Source: Patescibacteria group bacterium (lineage in GTDB: Bacteria; Patescibacteriota; Minisyncoccia; UBA6257; UBA9933). Taken from it: 47,947 bases of DNA. Below, piece after piece: positions 23,704-34,527 of the stretch. Numbering within the stretch: position 1 is the stretch's first letter; each line of letters opens with the position of its first letter. The stretch covers positions 1 through 47,947 of the forward strand of contig JASJPP010000030.1 of assembly GCA_031432155.1 (NCBI GenBank), written 5' to 3'. Made by a program: the position numbers and the translations under genes. The notes beneath the pieces are model-generated. The model was not told where the DNA came from, searched no databases, and saw nothing but the letters and a program-made list of their open reading frames with translations.

Positions 23704-24687
23704 ATGAAAAAAAGCGTTGCGTGGTTGATCGGCGTAGTTTTATTTTCGGCGATTTTTCCCGGAGTTTTGTTTTTAAAAGCCAATCAAAAAATTTTTCTCG
23801 ACGAATCGGTCGAAAAAGTTTTTGAGATAGCGCCGAAAACCGGTTTTAACGAAATCGCCGAAAAATTAGCTGAAAAAAAAATAATTTCATCAGCCGCGAT
23901 TTTTAAAATTTACGGCGCGGTTGCCGGCAAAGCCCGTCGGTTAAAACCCGGCCGGTATGTTTTTCAGGGCGAAGTTTCGGCGGCGGAAGTTTTGGAGATT
24001 TTAACCGTTGGCCCGAAAGACGTTGCGGCGACGATTGTCCCCGGCGCGACGCTTTTGGAAATCGACGAACAATTAAACTCTTTGGGGATTATAAAAGCCG
24101 GCGATATCGTTAATTTCGACGTTGCCGGATTAAAAGGGGAGCATCCTTGGCTGGGGCTTAAAACCGGTTCTTTGGAGGGTTTTCTTTTGCCGGACACGTA
24201 TTTTTTTTCAATGGACAGCGACCCCAAAGACGTTGTTAATAAAATGTTGATAAATTTTGAGAAAAAAGCCTTGACTCTTTTTGACAACAATGTTAATTTA
24301 GAAAAGTTAGCGTTGGCTTCGATATTAGAAAAAGAAATCCCCGATTATGAGGAAAGGCGTTTAGTTGCCGGAATTTTGGAAAAACGGCTGGCTTCCGGCG
24401 TTCCCCTTCAGGTTGACGCGTCCGTAATTTACGCCAAATGCGGAAAATTTTTAAATTGCCCATTATCAAAAAAAGATTACATGATTGATTCGCCGCATAA
24501 CAGTTATTTATATAAAGGCTGGCCGCCGTCCCCCATTTCCAATCCTTCGGTATCGGCGATCAAAGCCGCGCTTCAGCCGGAAAAATCTTCTTATTGGTAT
24601 TATTTATCCGATCCAAAAACCAAAAAAACAATTTTTGCCGACACATTAGATGAGCATAATCAAAACAAAGCCGTCTATTTAAAATAA
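23704..24687 (+). CDS. mltG: endolytic murein transglycosylase MltG (YceG-like)
   Basis: N-terminal TM, LysM-like region, SLEGFLLPDTY and ASILEKE motifs. Confidence 0.85.
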   Translation: MKKSVAWLIGVVLFSAIFPGVLFLKANQKIFLDESVEKVFEIAPKTGFNEIAEKLAEKKIISSAAIFKIYGAVAGKARRLKPGRYVFQGEVSAAEVLEILTVGPKDVAATIVPGATLLEIDEQLNSLGIIKAGDIVNFDVAGLKGEHPWLGLKTGSLEGFLLPDTYFFSMDSDPKDVVNKMLINFEKKALTLFDNNVNLEKLALASILEKEIPDYEERRLVAGILEKRLASGVPLQVDASVIYAKCGKFLNCPLSKKDYMIDSPHNSYLYKGWPPSPISNPSVSAIKAALQPEKSSYWYYLSDPKTKKTIFADTLDEHNQNKAVYLK

Positions 24688-24744
24688 AAAATCAAGTTAA
24701 CTCTCTTTCGGGGGAAAGGGAAATTTTTTTATTCGTTTTAATTT

Positions 24745-27700
24745 ATGACAGGAAAAAAATCGACGAAAATTTTTTCTTCGCATCACGGCGCTTTTATAAA
24801 ACAGCCGTTTTTAGCCGAAGCTCAAATGGCTTCTTGGCAGTGGTTTATTAAGCGCGGGCTCAAAGAGCTTTTCGCGGAAATTTCGCCCATTAAAGATCAT
24901 TCAGGCAAAGAATTGGAGCTTTACTTTTCCGATTATTTTTTTGACGAACCGAAATACGACGAAGAAACCGCGCATTTTAAAGGGGTTACCTACGAAGCGC
25001 CCTTAAGAGCGAAAATAAAATTAATTAATCACCGCGTTAAAGGCGTTAAAGAGCAAGAAATTTATTTGGGCGATTTTCCGATGATGACCGAACGGGGCAC
25101 TTTTATTATTAACGGCGTTGAACGAACGGTGGTTTCTCAGATTATCCGCTCTTCGGGTTTATATTTTTCTTCCGAGTTTTCCCGCGGGAAAAATCTTTTC
25201 GGCGCCAAGATAATTCCCAATCGCGGCGCTTGGCTGGAATTCACGACGGAAATCGACGGTTCTCTTGGGGTTAAAATTGATCGTCATCGCAAGGCGCCGG
25301 TAACCGATCTTCTGCGCGTTTTCGGCTTAAAAGACAGCGAAGAGATTTTAAAAACGTTTTCAGGGATTGACGTCGGCGAAACGAAATTTATTGAAACAAC
25401 CATCAAGAAGAGCGCCGCCAAAACGGCTCCGGAATCATACATTGAAATTTATAAAAGATTGCGGCCCGGCGATTTGGCGACTCCGGAAAACGCCAAAAGC
25501 TTGATCGACGCGATGTTTAATCGTCAGGATCGTTACAGTCTTTCGTCAGTCGGTCGTTTTAAAATAAATCAGCGGCTGGAGATAAAAAACAAAGAAACGC
25601 AGCTTCTTGACTTAGAAGACCTGATTTTGATCGTTGAAGAATTAATCAGATTAAACAACAATTCGGCGGCCGAACCGGACGATATTGACCATCTGGGAAA
25701 CCGGCGCGTGCGTTCCGTCGGCGAACTTCTTCAGAGCCGGCTTTATGTCGGTTTTGCCAGACTTCGCCGTAACATTCAGGACCGGATGTCAACATTGGAC
25801 ATTAATGATATTGCTCCGATTCAGTTGGTTAACGCCAGACCGTTGGTGGCGGTTATCAGGGAATTTTTTGCTTCTTCCCAGCTTTCCCAATTTATGGACC
25901 AAGTGAACGCCTTGGCGGAACTTGAACACAAACGGCGTTTGTCTTCGATGGGGCCCGGCGGATTGACGCGGGAACGGGCGGGTTTTGAAGTGCGCGACGT
26001 TCATTCTTCCCATTACGGCCGGATTTGTCCGATTCAAACGCCGGAAGGCCAAAACATCGGCTTAATCAATCATTTGGCCAATTTCAGCCGAATTAACGAG
26101 CTGGGTTTTTTGGAAACCCCTTATTTAAAAGTGAAAAGCGGAAAAATAACCCCGGATATTGTTTGGTTAAACGCCATTGAAGAAGAAAGGTATAAAATCG
26201 CTCAAGGCAACACAAAAATGGACAATCACGGAATGATTGTCGAAGAAATAACCGAGGTTCGTTTTAAGGGAGAGCCGACCATCTGTCCGAAAGAAGAAGT
26301 TGATTTTATGGATGTCGGACCCGATCAAACTATCAGCGTCGCCGCTTCTTTAATTCCTTTTTTGGAACACGACGACGCCAACCGGGCGTTGATGGGCTCA
26401 AACATGCAGCGGCAAGCCGTGCCCTGCATCAGGCCGCAGGCGCCCATTGTCGGAACAGGCGCGGAAGAAAAAGCCGCTGTTGATTCGGGTCGTTTGGCGA
26501 TTGCCGGAATAGACGGCGAAATTACCGACGTTAACGCCGACAAAATCGTTATTAAAGGAAGCAAGAGCGGCGAGAAAAAAGAATACCGCCTTCATAAATT
26601 TCGGAGATCAAATCATTACACCGCTATTTCTCAGCGGCCGATTATTGAAAAAGGACAAAAGGTTAAAAAGGGAGACGTTTTGGCGGATTGTTCTTCCAGC
26701 GACAACGGTCTTCTGGCTCTCGGTCAAAATCTCGTGGCGGCTTTTATTCCGTGGGAAGGCGCTAATTTTGAAGACGCCATTATTCTTTCGGAGCGCGTGG
26801 CCAAAGAAGACATTTTCAGCTCCATTCATATTGAAGATTTTTCCTGCGAAGTGCGCGATACCAAGCTTGGCCCGGAAATTACCACCCCCGACATCCCGAA
26901 CGTTTCGGAGGAGAAATTAAAAAATCTTGACGAAGAAGGCATTATTCGCATCGGCGCCGAAGTGACGGCCGGCGACATTTTAGTCGGTAAAATTTCGCCC
27001 AAGGGCGAGGTGGAGCCGACTTCCGAAGAAAAATTATTGCGGGCGGTTTTCGGCGAAAAAATCGCGGACGTTAAAGACACTTCTTTGGTTTTGTCTCACG
27101 GCAAAGCCGGTCGCGTAATCGGAATCAAAATTTTTTCGCGCGAACGCGGCGACAAATTGGAACCGGGCGTCATTAAAAAAATTCAAATTGAAATCGCTCA
27201 ATTGCGGAAAGTTCGGGCGGGCGACAAATTGGCCGGTCGGCACGGTAATAAAGGGGTTATTTCGCAAGTCAGGCCGACTGAAGACATGCCGTACTTGGAA
27301 GACGGAACGCCGGTAGACATTATTCTTAATCCGCTCGGCGTCGCTTCCAGAATGAATCTTGGCCAGATTCTGGAAACTCATTTGGGGATTGCCGCCTTGA
27401 GGTTGGGTTATCGGGCGGTTACGCCGGTTTTTGTCGGCGCCAGCGAAGTTCAAATTAAAGAAGAGCTTAAAAAAGCCGGATTAAGAGAAGACGGCAAGAC
27501 CATTCTTTTTGACGGCCGAACAGGGATGCCGTTTCCCAAGCCCGTAACCGTCGGTTGTATTTATATGATGAAATTAAACCATTTGGTGGAGGATAAAATT
27601 CACATGCGTTCCATCGGGCCGTATTCGTTGATTACCCAGCAGCCGTTGGGCGGCAAAGCTCAATTCGGCGGCCAGCGCTTCGGCGAAATGGAAGTCTGGG

Positions 27701-27954
27701 CGTTGGAAGGTTACGGCGCGGCTTATACTCTTTTGGAGGCGCTGACCATTAAATCCGACGATGTTTTGGGGAGAGCGGGATCATTTGAATCGATTATCAG
27801 GGGAGAAAAAATAAAACCACCCAGCGCTCCGGCCGCCTTCAATGTTTTGGTGAACGAGTTAAGGGCGCTGGCTTTGGGGGTGGAAGCCGTAGGCGACGAC
27901 GGCGATTTTTTCGGCGATTACAACAAGAAAAAAACAAAATTAAGAACAAAATAA
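24745..27954 (+). CDS. rpoB: DNA-directed RNA polymerase beta subunit
   Basis: 1069 aa. Conserved blocks GTFIINGVERTVVSQ, HYGRICPIQTPEG, RHGNKGV, GGQRFGEMEVWALE. Confidence 0.97.
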   Translation: MTGKKSTKIFSSHHGAFIKQPFLAEAQMASWQWFIKRGLKELFAEISPIKDHSGKELELYFSDYFFDEPKYDEETAHFKGVTYEAPLRAKIKLINHRVKGVKEQEIYLGDFPMMTERGTFIINGVERTVVSQIIRSSGLYFSSEFSRGKNLFGAKIIPNRGAWLEFTTEIDGSLGVKIDRHRKAPVTDLLRVFGLKDSEEILKTFSGIDVGETKFIETTIKKSAAKTAPESYIEIYKRLRPGDLATPENAKSLIDAMFNRQDRYSLSSVGRFKINQRLEIKNKETQLLDLEDLILIVEELIRLNNNSAAEPDDIDHLGNRRVRSVGELLQSRLYVGFARLRRNIQDRMSTLDINDIAPIQLVNARPLVAVIREFFASSQLSQFMDQVNALAELEHKRRLSSMGPGGLTRERAGFEVRDVHSSHYGRICPIQTPEGQNIGLINHLANFSRINELGFLETPYLKVKSGKITPDIVWLNAIEEERYKIAQGNTKMDNHGMIVEEITEVRFKGEPTICPKEEVDFMDVGPDQTISVAASLIPFLEHDDANRALMGSNMQRQAVPCIRPQAPIVGTGAEEKAAVDSGRLAIAGIDGEITDVNADKIVIKGSKSGEKKEYRLHKFRRSNHYTAISQRPIIEKGQKVKKGDVLADCSSSDNGLLALGQNLVAAFIPWEGANFEDAIILSERVAKEDIFSSIHIEDFSCEVRDTKLGPEITTPDIPNVSEEKLKNLDEEGIIRIGAEVTAGDILVGKISPKGEVEPTSEEKLLRAVFGEKIADVKDTSLVLSHGKAGRVIGIKIFSRERGDKLEPGVIKKIQIEIAQLRKVRAGDKLAGRHGNKGVISQVRPTEDMPYLEDGTPVDIILNPLGVASRMNLGQILETHLGIAALRLGYRAVTPVFVGASEVQIKEELKKAGLREDGKTILFDGRTGMPFPKPVTVGCIYMMKLNHLVEDKIHMRSIGPYSLITQQPLGGKAQFGGQRFGEMEVWALEGYGAAYTLLEALTIKSDDVLGRAGSFESIIRGEKIKPPSAPAAFNVLVNELRALALGVEAVGDDGDFFGDYNKKKTKLRTK

Positions 27955-27958
27955 ATTT

Positions 27959-30900
27959 ATGGCTTTTAAGGCGTTAAAACTGAAAATCGCTTCGCCGGAG
28001 GAAATTTTGTCTTGGTCATATGGCGAAGTGATTAAGCCGGAAACAATCAATTATCGCAATCAACGGCCGGAAAAAGACGGATTGTTTTCCGAGCGGATTT
28101 TCGGGCCGAGCAAAGATTATGAATGTTATTGCGGCAAATACCGCCGGATTCGTTATAAAGGGGTGATTTGCGACAAATGCGGAGTGGAGGTGACGCGGTC
28201 AACGGTTCGGCGCGAGCGAATGGGTCATATTAAATTGGCGGCGCCGGTCGCCCATGTTTGGTTTTTAAGAACACTTCCTTCAAAAATCAGTTTGATTTTA
28301 AACGTTGCGCCGCAGAAGCTTGAAAAAGTCATTTATTACGCTTCTTATATCGTGATAAAAGTCTCGGCGGAGGCCAAAAAGCAAGCGCTGGAAGACCTGG
28401 GAAGAGAATTCAAGTCGCGGAAAAAAATCAAAGAAAACGATTCGGACGAATTGGAAACGGCTCTTGATCGGACAAAAGACATTTTGTTGTCGTTAAAAGT
28501 CGGACAAATTTTAAGCGAAGCCGAATATATCGAGCTTTCGCGGAAATTCGCCCATGTTTTTGAAGCCGGCAAGGGAGCGGAGGCCGTGCGTAAAATTTTG
28601 GGAAACGTTAATCTTGAAAAAGAAGCGAAAGAAATAGAAGAGCAACTAAAGGAATTAAAGGGCGTCGGCCAGGAGCAGCGCTTGCTTTATCGTTTGAAAC
28701 TGATCAGGTCATTTATCAAAAACAATATGCGGCCGGAATGGATGATTTTAACCGTTTTACCGATTTTGCCGCCCGAGCTTCGGCCGATGGTGGCTTTGGA
28801 CGGCGGCCGTTACGCCACTTCCGACCTCAACGATCTTTACCGGCGCGTTATCAATCGCAATAACCGGTTAAAAAAATTACTTGAATTGAAGGCGCCGGAA
28901 GTGATTATTACAAATGAAAAAAGAATGCTTCAGGAAGCGGTGGACGCTTTGGTTGACAATACGGCGCGTTTCGGCGCCCAGCCTCAGCTTTCTTCTCAGC
29001 GCCGGCCGTTAAAATCTCTGGCCGACATGCTCAAGGGCAAACAGGGGCGGTTCCGGCAAAATCTTCTCGGTAAGCGCGTTGATTATTCCGGCCGTTCGGT
29101 GATAGTGGTCGGGCCGGAACTGAAACTGAACGAATGCGGTTTGCCGAAAAAAATGGCTCTTGAGCTTTTCAAGCCGTTTGTTATTCATGAAATCATTAAA
29201 AACGAAATGGCTTACAATATCCGCAACGCCGGACGGTTGATTGAGGCGGCGACGCCGGAAATCTGGGCTATTTTGGAAAAAGTGATTGCCGGCAAAAAAG
29301 TGCTTTTAAACCGCGCCCCCACCCTTCATCGATTGGGCATTCAGGCGTTCAAACCGCTTCTTATCGAAGATTTAGCCATCAGAATCCCGCCGATGGTTTG
29401 TTCCGCTTTTAACGCCGATTTCGACGGCGATCAGATGGCCGTGCATCTTTTATTGACCGAAGAGGCGCAGAAAGAAGCCGAAGAATTGATGCTTGCCACC
29501 AAAAATCTTTTGAAGCCGTCCACCGGCGAGCCGATCGTCAGTCCTTCGCAAGACATTGTTTTGGGATGCTATTATTTAACCCGGGCGATTAACGAAGCCG
29601 CGGGGAAAGGGACGGTTTTCGCCGACGCTGAAGAAGCGGCTTTGGCTTGCGATGCCGGCTATCTGAAAATAAACGAGTTCATAAAAGTCAGAATAAAAGG
29701 CAAAATCGTTGAAACCACCCTTGGCCGTTTGTTTTTTAACAAAGTTTTGCCCGATGATTTTGATTTCGTCAACGAAATTTTAAACAAAAAACGTCTTCAA
29801 AAAATCGTTTCTTCTTTGATTGAAAAATACGGCATTGACGGCACCTGGCCGATTTTAGACGAAATTAAAAGATTGGGTTTTTCTTTCGCGACCGTTTCCG
29901 GCATCAGCTGGGGAATGGACGATTTGACGACGCCGGCCGACAAAAAAACGATTTTTAAGGAAGTTGAAAAGAACGTTGAGACGGTTCATTCTCAATATGA
30001 GGAGGGATTGCTTACCGACGCCGAAAGACGGATAAAAACAATCGCTCTTTGGGAAAAAGCCAAAGAAGAGTTGGCCAAAAAGGTTCCTCTTTCTCTTGAT
30101 CCCGGCAGTTCGGTATATTCAATCATTGATTCCGGCGCCAGAGGTTCATGGTCTCAGCCAATTCAGATGGCGGGGATGAAAGGGTTGGTTCAAAATCCTC
30201 AAGGGGAAACAATCGAGCTCCCGATCAAATCTTCATATAAAGAAGGGTTGAGCGTTTTGGAGTTTTTCATCAACACCCACGGCGCCCGGAAAGGATTGAT
30301 TGACACCGCTTTAAAAACCGCGTCAGCCGGCTATCTTACGAGGCGGCTTGTTGACGTGGCGCAAGATTTGGTGATTACCGAAAAAGATTGCCGGACCGCC
30401 GAAGGCGTAGAAATGTTTAAGGTTGACGGTGATGAATTCGGATTCCGTTTTTCCCAAAGATTGTTCGGACGCACCGCGGTTCACGATATTAAAGACGGCA
30501 AGAAAACATTGATAAAAGCCAACGAGATAATCAGCCGCGACGTCGCTCAGTCGATAGAAGACGCCAACATCGAAATCGTCAAGGTTCGCTCTCCGATTAC
30601 CTGTAAAAATTCTTACGGCATCTGTTCAAGATGTTACGGTTTTGATTTCGGCCGGAATGAGCCGGTTAAAATAGGGGAAGCCGTTGGTGTTGTGGCGGCT
30701 CAGTCAATCGGCGAGCCCGGCACTCAGCTTACTTTAAGAACTTTTCACACCGGCGGCGTGGCCGGCGTTGACATTACCCATGGCTTACCCAGGGTCCAGG
30801 AGCTTTTCGAAGCCAGAATTCCAAAAGGCAAGGCGCCGCTGGCGGAGACTGACGGCGTTATTGAAGATATTGAAGAAAAGGGAACGAATAAGGTGATTAA

Positions 30901-31537
30901 ATTGAAAATTTTAAAGAACAAAAAACCGAAGATTGCGGAATTTATCGTGCCTCGAACCACGATGATTTTTGTCAAACCCAAAGAAAAAATTCAAAAAGGC
31001 GACCAGCTTTGCGAAGGAAGCCTTGATCTTCAAGAATTATTTTCTTTGAAAGGCAAAGAAGCGGTTGAGCGCTACATCGTCAACGAAGTTCAAAAGATTT
31101 ATGTTTCCGAAGGGACGACGATCAGCGATAAGCACATAGAAGTGATTATCCGGCAAATGTTCGGCCGGGTGATTATCAAAGAAACAGGGGACACGGATTT
31201 TGTCGTCGGCGAGGTGGTTGAAAAATCCAAGTTTCTTGAAATGAACCGCGAAATAAAAGAAAAAGGAAAAGAACCGGCCAAGATGAAACAGATTTTAAGC
31301 GGCATCACCAAAGCGGCGCTGTCGTCGGAAAGTTTTCTTTCCGCCGCGTCTTTTCAGGAAACCGCCAGAGTATTGGTTAAGGCGGCTTCGGAGGGAAGAA
31401 TTGACAATCTTCGCGGACTTAAAGAAAACGTAATTATCGGACGCTTAATTCCGGCCGGCACCGGTTACCGAAAAGATTTTTTACCCGACGATATTGAAGA
31501 AAAAGAAAAAGAAGCGGAAAAATCCGAAGAAAATTAA
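27959..31537 (+). CDS. rpoC: DNA-directed RNA polymerase beta' subunit
   Basis: 1192 aa. Zn motif CYCGKY..CDKCGVEV, catalytic NADFDGDQM, bridge helix and trigger-loop blocks. Confidence 0.97.
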   Translation: MAFKALKLKIASPEEILSWSYGEVIKPETINYRNQRPEKDGLFSERIFGPSKDYECYCGKYRRIRYKGVICDKCGVEVTRSTVRRERMGHIKLAAPVAHVWFLRTLPSKISLILNVAPQKLEKVIYYASYIVIKVSAEAKKQALEDLGREFKSRKKIKENDSDELETALDRTKDILLSLKVGQILSEAEYIELSRKFAHVFEAGKGAEAVRKILGNVNLEKEAKEIEEQLKELKGVGQEQRLLYRLKLIRSFIKNNMRPEWMILTVLPILPPELRPMVALDGGRYATSDLNDLYRRVINRNNRLKKLLELKAPEVIITNEKRMLQEAVDALVDNTARFGAQPQLSSQRRPLKSLADMLKGKQGRFRQNLLGKRVDYSGRSVIVVGPELKLNECGLPKKMALELFKPFVIHEIIKNEMAYNIRNAGRLIEAATPEIWAILEKVIAGKKVLLNRAPTLHRLGIQAFKPLLIEDLAIRIPPMVCSAFNADFDGDQMAVHLLLTEEAQKEAEELMLATKNLLKPSTGEPIVSPSQDIVLGCYYLTRAINEAAGKGTVFADAEEAALACDAGYLKINEFIKVRIKGKIVETTLGRLFFNKVLPDDFDFVNEILNKKRLQKIVSSLIEKYGIDGTWPILDEIKRLGFSFATVSGISWGMDDLTTPADKKTIFKEVEKNVETVHSQYEEGLLTDAERRIKTIALWEKAKEELAKKVPLSLDPGSSVYSIIDSGARGSWSQPIQMAGMKGLVQNPQGETIELPIKSSYKEGLSVLEFFINTHGARKGLIDTALKTASAGYLTRRLVDVAQDLVITEKDCRTAEGVEMFKVDGDEFGFRFSQRLFGRTAVHDIKDGKKTLIKANEIISRDVAQSIEDANIEIVKVRSPITCKNSYGICSRCYGFDFGRNEPVKIGEAVGVVAAQSIGEPGTQLTLRTFHTGGVAGVDITHGLPRVQELFEARIPKGKAPLAETDGVIEDIEEKGTNKVIKLKILKNKKPKIAEFIVPRTTMIFVKPKEKIQKGDQLCEGSLDLQELFSLKGKEAVERYIVNEVQKIYVSEGTTISDKHIEVIIRQMFGRVIIKETGDTDFVVGEVVEKSKFLEMNREIKEKGKEPAKMKQILSGITKAALSSESFLSAASFQETARVLVKAASEGRIDNLRGLKENVIIGRLIPAGTGYRKDFLPDDIEEKEKEAEKSEEN

Positions 31538-31572
31538 AACTATTTACTAATCGGAAACAATAGATTACCATA

Positions 31573-32058
31573 ATGGACATGAAAGAAGACGCGAAAATTT
31601 ACGAAATAGGATTTTTGGCGAAAGAAGAAAACGATCGGGAGGAAATCGTAAAAATCTTGACTAATTACGGCGCCAAAATCGTTGACGCCGGCAAAATGTC
31701 GCGAATAAAGCTGGCTTACCCGATTAAAAAAGAAAACTTCGCTTATTTCGGTTATCTGTTTTTTTCCATTGATTCGCCGGCGGAAAAATCTTTGGCAAGC
31801 CGGAAAGGAGACGATAGTATTGTTAAAAAAGCCGGCAATGATTTGAAAACCAGTCAAAAGATATTGAGATTTTTAATAACCGTCGTTTATCCGGAAAAAT
31901 TGGACAAAAAATCCGAAAAAGAGCCGCTTCAAAAAGTTTTACCTGATGCTGTCGTTGCCAGGCCGGCAAGCGAGAATTTTTTACTGGGAGAACAAAGAAC
32001 AATCACCGAATTAAGCAACGAGGCCCTGGAGAAAAAACTGGAAGAAATTTTAAAATAA
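31573..32058 (+). CDS. rpsF: 30S ribosomal protein S6 with extended C-terminal region
   Basis: YEIGFL...RIKLAYPIKK...GYLFF pattern and rpsF-ssb-rpsR synteny. 161 aa is longer than typical S6. Confidence 0.75.
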   Translation: MDMKEDAKIYEIGFLAKEENDREEIVKILTNYGAKIVDAGKMSRIKLAYPIKKENFAYFGYLFFSIDSPAEKSLASRKGDDSIVKKAGNDLKTSQKILRFLITVVYPEKLDKKSEKEPLQKVLPDAVVARPASENFLLGEQRTITELSNEALEKKLEEILK

Positions 32059-32065
32059 TACAACT

Positions 32066-32521
32066 ATGAATCTAAACAAGGTTTTTATCTTGGGGAGGTT
32101 GACGGCTGATCCGCAACTGCGGACAACGCCGAACGGCCAGTCGGTCGGCAATTTCAGCGTTGCGACCAATCGCGTTTGGAACAATAAAAGCGGCGTCAAG
32201 CAGGAAGAAACGGAATTTCACAACGTGGTGGTTTGGGGCAGGCAGGCGGAAATCGCCAACCAGTTTCTCGTCAAAGGCAGCATGGTTTTGATAGAGGGGC
32301 GGCTGCGCACCAGAACCTGGCAGGATCAGCAGGGCCAAAATCGCCGGACCACCGAAATAATTTCCGAAAGAATGCAGTTGGGGCCGAGATCAACGGCGCC
32401 CGGCGGAGCAAAATTCAACTCCAAAGAAGTTCGGCCGGCGGCTCCGGAAGATTTGGCCGGCGATTTGCCGGAAATCGACATCAGCGAGGAAGAAATAAAG
32501 CCGGAAGATCTGCCGTTTTAA
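32066..32521 (+). CDS. ssb: single-stranded DNA-binding protein
   Basis: OB-fold N-terminus MNLNKVFILGRLTADPQLR, W/F stacking residues, acidic C-terminal tip EDLPF. Confidence 0.95.
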   Translation: MNLNKVFILGRLTADPQLRTTPNGQSVGNFSVATNRVWNNKSGVKQEETEFHNVVVWGRQAEIANQFLVKGSMVLIEGRLRTRTWQDQQGQNRRTTEIISERMQLGPRSTAPGGAKFNSKEVRPAAPEDLAGDLPEIDISEEEIKPEDLPF

Positions 32522-32537
32522 AATTTATTAAAAAAAT

Positions 32538-32735
32538 ATGCAATGTTTTTTTTGTTCGCAAAATTCAAAAAGAATAGATTATAAAGAAGTTGAACTGCTT
32601 CATCGTTTTGTTTCGTCGCAGGGGAAAATCATCGATCCGCGCCATACCGGCGTTTGCGCCAAACACCAGCGGATGCTGGCTCAGGCTGTCAAAAGAGCGA
32701 GGATAATGGCGCTTTTGCCGTTCGTGAATAAATAA
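32538..32735 (+). CDS. rpsR: 30S ribosomal protein S18
   Basis: [39 protein letters not shown] matches the S18 signature. Confidence 0.93.
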   Translation: MQCFFCSQNSKRIDYKEVELLHRFVSSQGKIIDPRHTGVCAKHQRMLAQAVKRARIMALLPFVNK

Positions 32736-33274
32736 TGGACATTTATCTTTTTAATATCGTCAACGGGCTGGCTCGCAAGCACTGGCTCGTCGATTATTCC
32801 GGGGTTTTTTTGGCGGAATACCTCGGTTATTTTTTGATTTTGGGCGTTGTTTTTCTTTTGATCGCGGAAAAAGATTGGCGCCGGAGAATTTATTTTTTTT
32901 CGCTGTCCGCGATTTCAGTAATTCTGGCCAGAGGTATTATCGTTGAAATAATCAGATTTTTTTACGACCGGCCGCGGCCGTTTGAAGCCCTTGGCATTGA
33001 GCCGCTTATTTTAAACAACGGAGCGCCTTCTTCTCCTTCGGGGCACGCCGCTTTCTTTTTCGCTTTGGCTTTGGCGGTTTTTTTTACGAACAAAAAATGG
33101 GGTTATTGGTTTTTCGCCGGCGCTTTGCTGATCGGCATCGCCAGAATTTTCATCGGAATTCATTGGCCATTGGATATTCTGGCCGGCGCGGCTGTCGGAC
33201 TGATCAGCGCCTTTTTGATTAAAAAAATTCTTTCTTCTCCGGAAATTACTTCTTTGGAAACCGAAAAAAAATAA
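32735..33274 (+). CDS. PAP2-family lipid phosphatase (undecaprenyl-diphosphatase BcrC-like)
   Basis: Acid phosphatase motifs RPRP, PSGHA, RIFIGIHWPLDILAG. 5-6 TM. Start overlaps the rpsR stop (TAATG). Confidence 0.85.
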   Translation: MDIYLFNIVNGLARKHWLVDYSGVFLAEYLGYFLILGVVFLLIAEKDWRRRIYFFSLSAISVILARGIIVEIIRFFYDRPRPFEALGIEPLILNNGAPSSPSGHAAFFFALALAVFFTNKKWGYWFFAGALLIGIARIFIGIHWPLDILAGAAVGLISAFLIKKILSSPEITSLETEKK

Positions 33275-33310
33275 GCCCCGATCGCTTAAATGGTTATTAA
33301 GGCGATCGGG
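33264..33310 (-). terminator. intrinsic terminator of the 84-aa orphan gene
   Basis: cccgatcgc (33277-33285) pairs with gcgatcggg (33302-33310). On the minus-strand RNA it is followed by GCUUAUUUUUUUU. Confidence 0.7.
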
Positions 33311-33331
33311 ACTTAGAGCTGTCCGTTGCGG

Positions 33332-33586
33332 TCAGGCGGTGGCGGGGACTATAAACGCTCCCCCTTTTTTGTTTTTTCCTGGCTTCTTCTCGATTATCCA
33401 CCGGATCTCCTCTTCTGCCTCACTTACCGTTAGGAGTCTTTCTTTAACTCCTTCCAGCAGATACAGCAGATCCCCGTTAATCTTGGTTGCCCGCTTTTTT
33501 CCCCGGACTTCGTCTCTGATCTCTTCCAGCGCCTGGCCGGGTTTGGTTTCCCCCTGCCAGACCTTGATCAGGATGTTTCTGATCAT
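33332..33586 (-). CDS. small hypothetical cytoplasmic protein (84 aa), charged/helical
   Basis: Extended SD GGAGGAGGUGA 5 nt before ATG 33586 (the track uses GTG 33595). Has its own terminator. The opposite-strand ORF 33339..33611 lacks both. Confidence 0.65.
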   Translation of the reverse strand: MIRNILIKVWQGETKPGQALEEIRDEVRGKKRATKINGDLLYLLEGVKERLLTVSEAEEEIRWIIEKKPGKNKKGGAFIVPATA

Positions 33587-33745
33587 TTTTCTCACCTCCT
33601 CCCGTTTTTGAGATTCGCCTCTTATTTATTAAAGGCGGGTTAAATTTCTAATCGCAAAATAACAATTATTGCCGTCAATGTCAATATAATTAGGTTATTA
33701 ACAATTCAGCGTTTGTTTTTACGTTTTTATGTTATACTTGTTTAT

Positions 33746-34480
33746 ATGGCTAACATTCAACTTGTCGATTACGTAAGGAAGATGAAAAACGAAGGTCGGA
33801 CCGAGGAGCAGATTAAAGCGATTTTAATCAATTCAAATTGGCCGGAAAACGAAATTAACGACGCGGTTTCCGAGGCCGCGACTGTCGGAAGCGCGGGAAC
33901 TGGCGGCGGCGGCTCAGCTCCTGTTTTCTCGGGCCCTCCTTCGCCCACGGCTCAGGTTCAGCCCGGTCCCAAAAGCGATTCGGCTTTTGACGAAAAAACA
34001 ATCGCGACGATAAAATGGGGCGCGGTCTGGAACGTTGTTGACGCCGTGATTATTTCCGTGGTGGCTTCTTTGGCCGCTTATTTTTGGGCGGCGAGCATCG
34101 CGTCGCAATTCGGGGCGTTCGGCGGCTTGATTGGCGGCGCTATGGCGAAGTCTTCTTTTATCAATATCGGCGGTTTAATCAATGATGTTGTTTGGGGAGC
34201 GGTTGGGGGAGCGATCGGCGGTTTTGTTCTCGCCAAATTTTATTCGCCGGTTATGGATTTTCAAGCGCGATATCTCGGCAATAAATTAAACACTTTATTC
34301 AAACTTCTTTTCTGGCCGCGGCTTGTCGGAACGGTCGTCGGTTCACTTATCGGAATGGGGATGCTTTTCGGTCTGGGCGTCATCGGAATGGTAGTTTATC
34401 TTGTCGGCGCGCTTGTCGCTCATTTTATCTACGCCAAGATGATGGATAAAAGCGTGGGGCAATATTATCCATCGCGCTAA
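33746..34480 (+). CDS. hypothetical membrane protein with a small N-terminal soluble domain, Gly/Pro linker and Gly-zipper-rich TM region
   Basis: MANIQLVDYVRKMKNEGRTEEQIKAIL..., then GGGGSAPVFSGPPSP, then helices rich in GxxxG (GGLIGGAM, GAVGGAIGGF). ATG 33746 preferred over the track start 33713. Confidence 0.6.
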   Translation: MANIQLVDYVRKMKNEGRTEEQIKAILINSNWPENEINDAVSEAATVGSAGTGGGGSAPVFSGPPSPTAQVQPGPKSDSAFDEKTIATIKWGAVWNVVDAVIISVVASLAAYFWAASIASQFGAFGGLIGGAMAKSSFINIGGLINDVVWGAVGGAIGGFVLAKFYSPVMDFQARYLGNKLNTLFKLLFWPRLVGTVVGSLIGMGMLFGLGVIGMVVYLVGALVAHFIYAKMMDKSVGQYYPSR

Positions 34481-34527
34481 ACCGGTTGTTTTAGGCGATC
34501 ATCAAAATATATTAATTATTAAATCAA